32,000 nucleotides of DNA from Wolbachia endosymbiont of Dirofilaria (Dirofilaria) immitis (GTDB lineage Bacteria > Pseudomonadota > Alphaproteobacteria > Rickettsiales > Anaplasmataceae). The DNA lies in contig NZ_CP046578.1 of the NCBI RefSeq assembly GCF_013365455.1, positions 690,001 to 722,000 on the forward strand. The letters run 5' to 3'. Below the pieces are notes generated by a model. It worked only from the letters and a program-made list of their open reading frames with translations. It was not told the origin of the DNA and did no database searches. Within the stretch, counting starts at the first letter, position 1. The number at the start of each line of letters is the position of its first letter. Below, piece after piece: positions 27,767 to 32,000 of this stretch. A program made the position numbers and the translations under genes.

Positions 27767-28048
27767 ATGGAAATAATATCGTTAAATAATAATTCATGCA
27801 ATGTAGAAGTAAAAAAGAAGTTGCTTAACATAATTAGCAAAGTCATAGAAAGAAATGCTTGGACTCAAGCTCATGCAGCCGAAAAGCTAGGTGTTGACCA
27901 ACCAAAGATATCACAAATTAAAAATGGCAAAACAGATGGTTTTTCTCTAGAGCGCTTGTTAAGCTTCCTCAAAAAATTCGAACATGAAATAACAATTACG
28001 ATAACAGAAAACCAAGCAGTAAGACCTGAACATGAAGCTAGATCTTAA
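27767..28048 (+). CDS. XRE-family helix-turn-helix protein, antitoxin-like (HTH_37 type)
   Basis: ..AWTQAHAAEKLGVDQPKISQIKNGKTDGFSLERLLSFLKKFEHEITITI.. matches the pattern L.Q..AA..LGV.QP.IS.L..GK...FSLE.LL..L..L...V.I of small XRE antitoxins. ATG 27767 is preceded by AGGTGA. The track start at 27761 is GTG. Confidence 0.8.
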   Translation: MEIISLNNNSCNVEVKKKLLNIISKVIERNAWTQAHAAEKLGVDQPKISQIKNGKTDGFSLERLLSFLKKFEHEITITITENQAVRPEHEARS

Positions 28049-28061
28049 CAGAGATACATAG

Positions 28062-28088
28062 TTGACATTTTGTTTTCCATAGTATAGT
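28062..28088 (+). promoter_or_regulatory. candidate promoter for rpoZ and the mrp genes
   Basis: A perfect -35 TTGACA (28062-28067), a 15-nt spacer, then TATAGT (28083-28088), about 25 nt before the rpoZ ATG. The spacer is short. This is a sequence match only. Confidence 0.25.
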
Positions 28089-28113
28089 GTAAACCTTATT
28101 CAGGTAGTGTTTT

Positions 28114-28518
28114 ATGGCTGAATCCATTATCGAAAAATGTATAGGGCAGGTAAATAACCGCTTTAAGTTAGCTCTGTTAGCAAGTCAGAGGACACATGAT
28201 TTAAATACAGGAGCAAGAAGTTCAATTCAAACAGCTGAGTTCAAGGGCCATAAAAATACTATTATTTCCTTATATGAAATAGCAGAAAGGCAAGTTGATG
28301 TTTATGAGCTGTTTAGTCTTTTGGTAAGTAGGTGTAAAGGATACATGAAAGGAAATATAAGTAACACAAATAATCTAGAAAGGCTACTAAGTTCTTTCAA
28401 TGATAGATTTAACATAAGCTCCAGTGCAGGTCAAGAGAGTACTAATATTCAAGACAACAAAGTAAAAAGTGAAATGGATAATCAAGATGACAAAGATGAC
28501 AGAAAACAAATCAAGTAG
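28114..28518 (+). CDS. rpoZ: RNA polymerase omega subunit
   Basis: 134 aa. VNNRFKLALLASQRTHDL and TIISLYEIAERQV match the omega core (NRF.L...A..RA..L ... A..EI). The acidic/basic C-terminal tail is typical of alphaproteobacterial omega. Confidence 0.85.
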   Translation: MAESIIEKCIGQVNNRFKLALLASQRTHDLNTGARSSIQTAEFKGHKNTIISLYEIAERQVDVYELFSLLVSRCKGYMKGNISNTNNLERLLSSFNDRFNISSSAGQESTNIQDNKVKSEMDNQDDKDDRKQIK

Positions 28519-28546
28519 AGTAGTACTGAAGTTGTATAATTTATAA

Positions 28547-28795
28547 ATGATTCACGTTACTATTTATGTACTACTGTTTTGCATTATTGCAATGTTATAC
28601 TATATAGTATCCAACTCAAATGATGTTTATAATAAGGTGCTAGCGTTTAATAGTTTTTCAACACAAGTAATTCTACTCATATCAGCAACATCAATTATTT
28701 TAAACAGTTTCTTTTTGCTTGATATAGCGCTAGTATATGCTAGTATTAGCTTTATATCAACTATAGCATTAATGAAATTAATGTTGCTTCAATAA
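28547..28795 (+). CDS. mrpF: Mrp/Mnh cation:proton antiporter subunit F
   Basis: 82 aa, three predicted TM helices, C-terminal LLDIALVYASISFISTIALMK like MnhF. Immediately followed by the G subunit. Confidence 0.7.
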   Translation: MIHVTIYVLLFCIIAMLYYIVSNSNDVYNKVLAFNSFSTQVILLISATSIILNSFFLLDIALVYASISFISTIALMKLMLLQ

Positions 28796-28798
28796 TCC

Positions 28799-29086
28799 AT
28801 GATAGGATCCATTTTCACATTTCTAGGCATATGTTTAATAATTACATCAACTATAGGAGTGATTAGATTTCCTAATTTTTATACTAGATTACACGCAGCA
28901 AGCATTACAGATTCTAGCGGTGCAATGTCATTGTTAATTGGTTTTGCTCTGCAAAATGAACTTTCAACTAACACCATTAAAATTATATTACTGATTCTTA
29001 TAATATGGGTGGCTAATTCAACTAATAGTTATATTCTAGCACGTACTTACTATAAAAGTAAGAAAAAGACTATTAAAGAAGATTAA
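28799..29086 (+). CDS. mrpG: Mrp/Mnh cation:proton antiporter subunit G
   Basis: 95 aa. GVIRFPNFYTRLHAASITDSSG matches the MnhG signature (R.PD.Y.R.HA..K....G). Confidence 0.8.
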   Translation: MIGSIFTFLGICLIITSTIGVIRFPNFYTRLHAASITDSSGAMSLLIGFALQNELSTNTIKIILLILIIWVANSTNSYILARTYYKSKKKTIKED

Positions 29087-29087
29087 T

Positions 29088-29609
29088 ATGTTTGAAATAC
29101 TAAATATAACACTACCTTTGCTATTACTTATGGTCACAGTTTTTATAGTCCTTTCAAAACATTTAGTTGTAAGCGGTGTCCTAATGTGTGCATTTAGCTC
29201 ACTTACTGCACTTATATACTTAATCATGAACGCACCTGATGTAGCAATGACTGAAGCTTCAGTCGGTGCGGGACTTAGTACAGTTTTTATGTTTGCTGCA
29301 CTTTCTCTGATAAAGAATCATAAAATAAATCTATCTCACAGTCCTACAACGCTTTTTTTTATGTTATTTTTATCTGCATATTTATCATACTTTATGGCTC
29401 AATTACCAGATTTTGGCAGTTATGATGCTCCAATTCATCTGCATGTTGCTCCTTACTATATAGAAAATACTGAAAAAATTACTGATATTCCTAACATAGT
29501 AACGGCTATTCTAGCAAGCTTCCGTGGTTATGATACATTTGGAGAAACTATAGTAGTTTTTACTGCAGCACTTTGTATAATGTTGACACTAAAAGAAGGA
29601 AAAGAATAA
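29088..29609 (+). CDS. Mrp/Mnh antiporter membrane subunit, MrpA-C-terminal/DUF4040-like
   Basis: 173 aa polytopic. ..NAPDVAMTEASVGAGLSTVF.. and ..FRGYDTFGETIVVFTAAL.. resemble the MnhB-related domain found at the MrpA C-terminus. Confidence 0.7.
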   Translation: MFEILNITLPLLLLMVTVFIVLSKHLVVSGVLMCAFSSLTALIYLIMNAPDVAMTEASVGAGLSTVFMFAALSLIKNHKINLSHSPTTLFFMLFLSAYLSYFMAQLPDFGSYDAPIHLHVAPYYIENTEKITDIPNIVTAILASFRGYDTFGETIVVFTAALCIMLTLKEGKE

Positions 29610-29612
29610 AAA

Positions 29613-30040
29613 TGATTAAAGATCCAGTATTAAATACAGTAACATTTTTAACAGTACCCTTTATTGTCCTGTTTGCTTTATATATACAATTTCACGGTGA
29701 CTACACTCCAGGTGGAGGGTTTCAAGCAGGAATAATTACCGCTTCTGGAATAATACTGTATTCAATGGTATTTGGTATATCTACAGCTTTAAAGGCGATA
29801 CCTTATTCTGTGATTAAATCTACTAATATACTAGGAATTTTAATTTATGGGGGAACAGGTATTGTACCAATTTTACTTGGCCAAAATTTTTTATCTTATA
29901 ACATATTGTTAACTAATAAAGTTGCTGGTCAAAAATTAGGTATTTTTTTGGCAGAACTAGGTGTAGCATTCACTGTCTGTTCTTCCATGCTTACTATATA
30001 CATAAGCTTCGCTCGTAAAAAAAACAATGACTTTATATAA
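29613..30040 (+). CDS. mrpB: Mrp/Mnh cation:proton antiporter subunit B
   Basis: MIKDPVLNTV...FHGDYTPGGGFQAGII matches MnhB (hG...PGGGFqgG). I prefer ATG 29613, 3 nt after the previous stop, to the track start at 29573. Confidence 0.8.
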
Positions 30041-30353
30041 TTACACAACCATTATTATATTAATGATACTAGGTTTGTACATTATTATAAATGACAAAAA
30101 TTTAATTAAGAAAATGATAGGAGTAAATATTTTTCAAGCATCAGTTTTACTATTTTATATATCTTTAGGATATATAAAAAGCTCTTTACCCCCTATACTA
30201 GTGCCAAATTTTTATTTATATAGTAATCCTATACCGCAAGTTCTAATGCTTACTGCCATAGTAGTTGGAATTGCAACATTTTCAGTTGGGCTATCTATAG
30301 CAGTGAAAATAGAAGAAAAATATGGAACAATTAACCAAGACAAATATATATGA
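30027..30353 (+). CDS. mrpC: Mrp/Mnh cation:proton antiporter subunit C (NuoK-like)
   Basis: 108 aa, three TM helices. LGLYIIINDKNLIKKMIGVNIFQASVLLFYISLGY is MnhC/NuoK-like. Overlaps the mrpB 3' end by 14 nt. Confidence 0.8.
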   Translation: MTLYNYTTIIILMILGLYIIINDKNLIKKMIGVNIFQASVLLFYISLGYIKSSLPPILVPNFYLYSNPIPQVLMLTAIVVGIATFSVGLSIAVKIEEKYGTINQDKYI

Positions 30354-30397
30354 TGAATTAACAGTATCTTAAACTATATTAAGTAACAAGTAGCCAG

Positions 30398-30420
30398 AAG
30401 CTAAATCATAGCTTTTATTT
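30398..30420 (+). terminator. weak candidate intrinsic terminator after mrpC
   Basis: Stem aagcta/tagctt (6 bp, only 2 GC pairs), loop aatca, followed by the T-rich ttattt, 45 nt after the mrpC stop. Confidence 0.25.
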
Positions 30421-30469
30421 ACTGTAGGTCTACTTACTAGCAAGTAATAAAGTTTAAATTACAAAGGTA

Positions 30470-32000
30470 ATGATGTCAGCTATTAACAACGAAGAAGATA
30501 AGAAAAAAATCATTAGAGATCTCGTAACAAAAAGTATAAGAAAGGGTGGTTTTATCACTTTTGATGATATAAATGAAAAATTGTCAGACGAGAATTTTTC
30601 GTCCGATTTTATAGATGACACTGTATCCCTATTGCAAGACTCAGGAATTAACATACTTGAAAGTAGTGAAGAAGAAGAAGCTTCTTCCAATAATGATGAC
30701 AACAAACTCGATGAGGATGATACATTATCAAGCACTGCTACAACTTTAATACAAAATGACGACCCGGTAAGAGTTTACCTACAAGACATGAGCTCTGTAA
30801 AACTCTTATCAAGAACAGATGAAATTACAATAGCAAAGAAAATTGAATCTGAAAAGCACAATATGCTACGTGCAATAATTGAAACACCAGTAACATTAAG
30901 AATAATAAAGGCATGGCGTGATGATTTAAGCAGCGGATCTCTCTCACTAAGAGAAATTATAGATCTAGATGCGATTTATAACTCCGATTTTAACGCAATG
31001 CCTAAAGAAGATGTCAAAGATAGTATTGAAGATATTAAGAGTTCTGAAGACACTGAAGATAATAAACACTATGAAGATGATGAAACGGACAACAAAAAAG
31101 ACGATGATGAACAAGAAAGTAGCAACGAAGATATAAATTCAACGAACTTAAATGTTTCTGTCCTTGAAATGGAAAACGATTTATTACCCAAGGTCATAGT
31201 TGCACTAGATGAAATAATTGCTTTAGCAAATAAAGCACTAGTACTAAAGAAAAATTCTTCCAGTGAATTAGCATACAAAGATTTATATAATCAAATATGG
31301 TCTACAGCACTGCAAATCAAGTTAAGTGATGCCGCTGCTACTAAAATCACACAAAAACTTTATAATATAAATAGATCTATCATGCTCGCGGAAGCCAACC
31401 TTATTTCTGAGGCTAAAAAATACGGAATCGATAGAGAAAGTTTCTATAAGGTTTATGATGACATATTATTAAAGTATGGGTTAAAAAATATAAATCTTTT
31501 GAAAATTGATAAAAATCTATCTCCTCTCAAAGACGAACTAAAAAACAAATTCACAAGGTTCATAGATGACAATTTTGAGCATGTAAATAACGTTTTAAAT
31601 GATATAAAGCAGTACGTACAAGAAGATAATGTGCAAGAATTTAAGGAATTAATCAAAAGGATACAAAAACATGAACGAGAAGTCTCTGAAGCAAAACAAG
31701 AGATGATCAAAGCTAATTTAAGGCTAGTAGTTTCCATCGCTAAAAAATATTCAAACAGAGGTCTTGCCTTGCTTGATTTAATACAAGAAGGCAATATCGG
31801 TCTTATGAAGGCTGTAGATAAATTTGATTATAAACGCGGATATAAATTTTCAACTTATGGAACCTGGTGGGTAAGGCAATCAATCACTAGAGCAATACCT
31901 GAGCAATCTAAAGTAGTCAGAATACCAGTTCATATGGTAGAAATTATTAGCAAAATCAATAAGGCACTAAGAAAGCTAACTCATGAAATGGAAAGAGAAC
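30470..32000 (+). CDS. rpoD: RNA polymerase primary sigma factor (sigma-70), 3' end outside window
   Basis: Open + frame from ATG 30470 to the window edge, absent from the ORF track because it has no stop. [19 protein letters not shown]..., an acidic region 1.1/[32 protein letters not shown], then region 2: [59 protein letters not shown]...RIPVHM. Confidence 0.95.
   Translation, partial: MMSAINNEEDKKKIIRDLVTKSIRKGGFITFDDINEKLSDENFSSDFIDDTVSLLQDSGINILESSEEEEASSNNDDNKLDEDDTLSSTATTLIQNDDPVRVYLQDMSSVKLLSRTDEITIAKKIESEKHNMLRAIIETPVTLRIIKAWRDDLSSGSLSLREIIDLDAIYNSDFNAMPKEDVKDSIEDIKSSEDTEDNKHYEDDETDNKKDDDEQESSNEDINSTNLNVSVLEMENDLLPKVIVALDEIIALANKALVLKKNSSSELAYKDLYNQIWSTALQIKLSDAAATKITQKLYNINRSIMLAEANLISEAKKYGIDRESFYKVYDDILLKYGLKNINLLKIDKNLSPLKDELKNKFTRFIDDNFEHVNNVLNDIKQYVQEDNVQEFKELIKRIQKHEREVSEAKQEMIKANLRLVVSIAKKYSNRGLALLDLIQEGNIGLMKAVDKFDYKRGYKFSTYGTWWVRQSITRAIPEQSKVVRIPVHMVEIISKINKALRKLTHEMERE

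Noticed and set aside
30454-31794. Three - strand ORFs (30454..30735, 31069..31278, 31453..31794) that are the only track entries in this region
   Set aside because: The + strand carries an open sigma-70 frame from 30470 to the window end, missed by the track only because it has no stop. The - strand ORFs are Ser/Leu-rich mirror images of the acidic RpoD region.

Overview
This window reads as a core-genome segment of a reduced, AT-rich alphaproteobacterial endosymbiont. It is most consistent with Wolbachia (Anaplasmataceae), because it carries an uninterrupted 2841-codon rpoB-rpoC fusion ORF. From left to right it contains the 3' part of ddl, then ftsQ, then a 1.3-kb gene-free stretch. A long + strand block follows from 2.8 to 18.7 kb: rpsL-rpsG-fusA-tuf-tRNA-Trp-secE-nusG-rplK-rplA-rplJ-rplL-rpoBC. 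Next is an isolated map gene flanked by noncoding DNA. A - strand block then holds purE, mutL (5' end destroyed by frameshifts), atpG-pmbA and a csp/DEAD-box helicase pair. The window ends with a + strand block: a small XRE-type regulator, rpoZ, five Mrp/Mnh antiporter subunit genes, and rpoD running off the right edge (rpoD is missing from the ORF track because it has no stop in the window). I see no transposase, phage, CRISPR or defence-type cluster, and no multi-gene system of unknown function. I will not claim one. Items that deserve a second look: (1) nusG carries an in-frame tandem duplication of its NGN domain, with an (AT)8 tract inside the extra copy. (2) mutL has four frameshifting indels packed into its first ~250 nt, while the remaining 1.68 kb stays open. 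(3) tuf shows a sharp mosaic codon-usage anomaly and sits at the junction of the str and secE-rpoBC clusters. (4) A diverged noncoding repeat of ~280 bp occurs at two loci and carries a hairpin with one compensatory base-pair change. (5) An orphan antitoxin-like HTH gene sits behind a long palindrome. (6) S12 has Arg at the classic streptomycin-resistance position. All functional calls come from reading the translations by eye. No database search was run.
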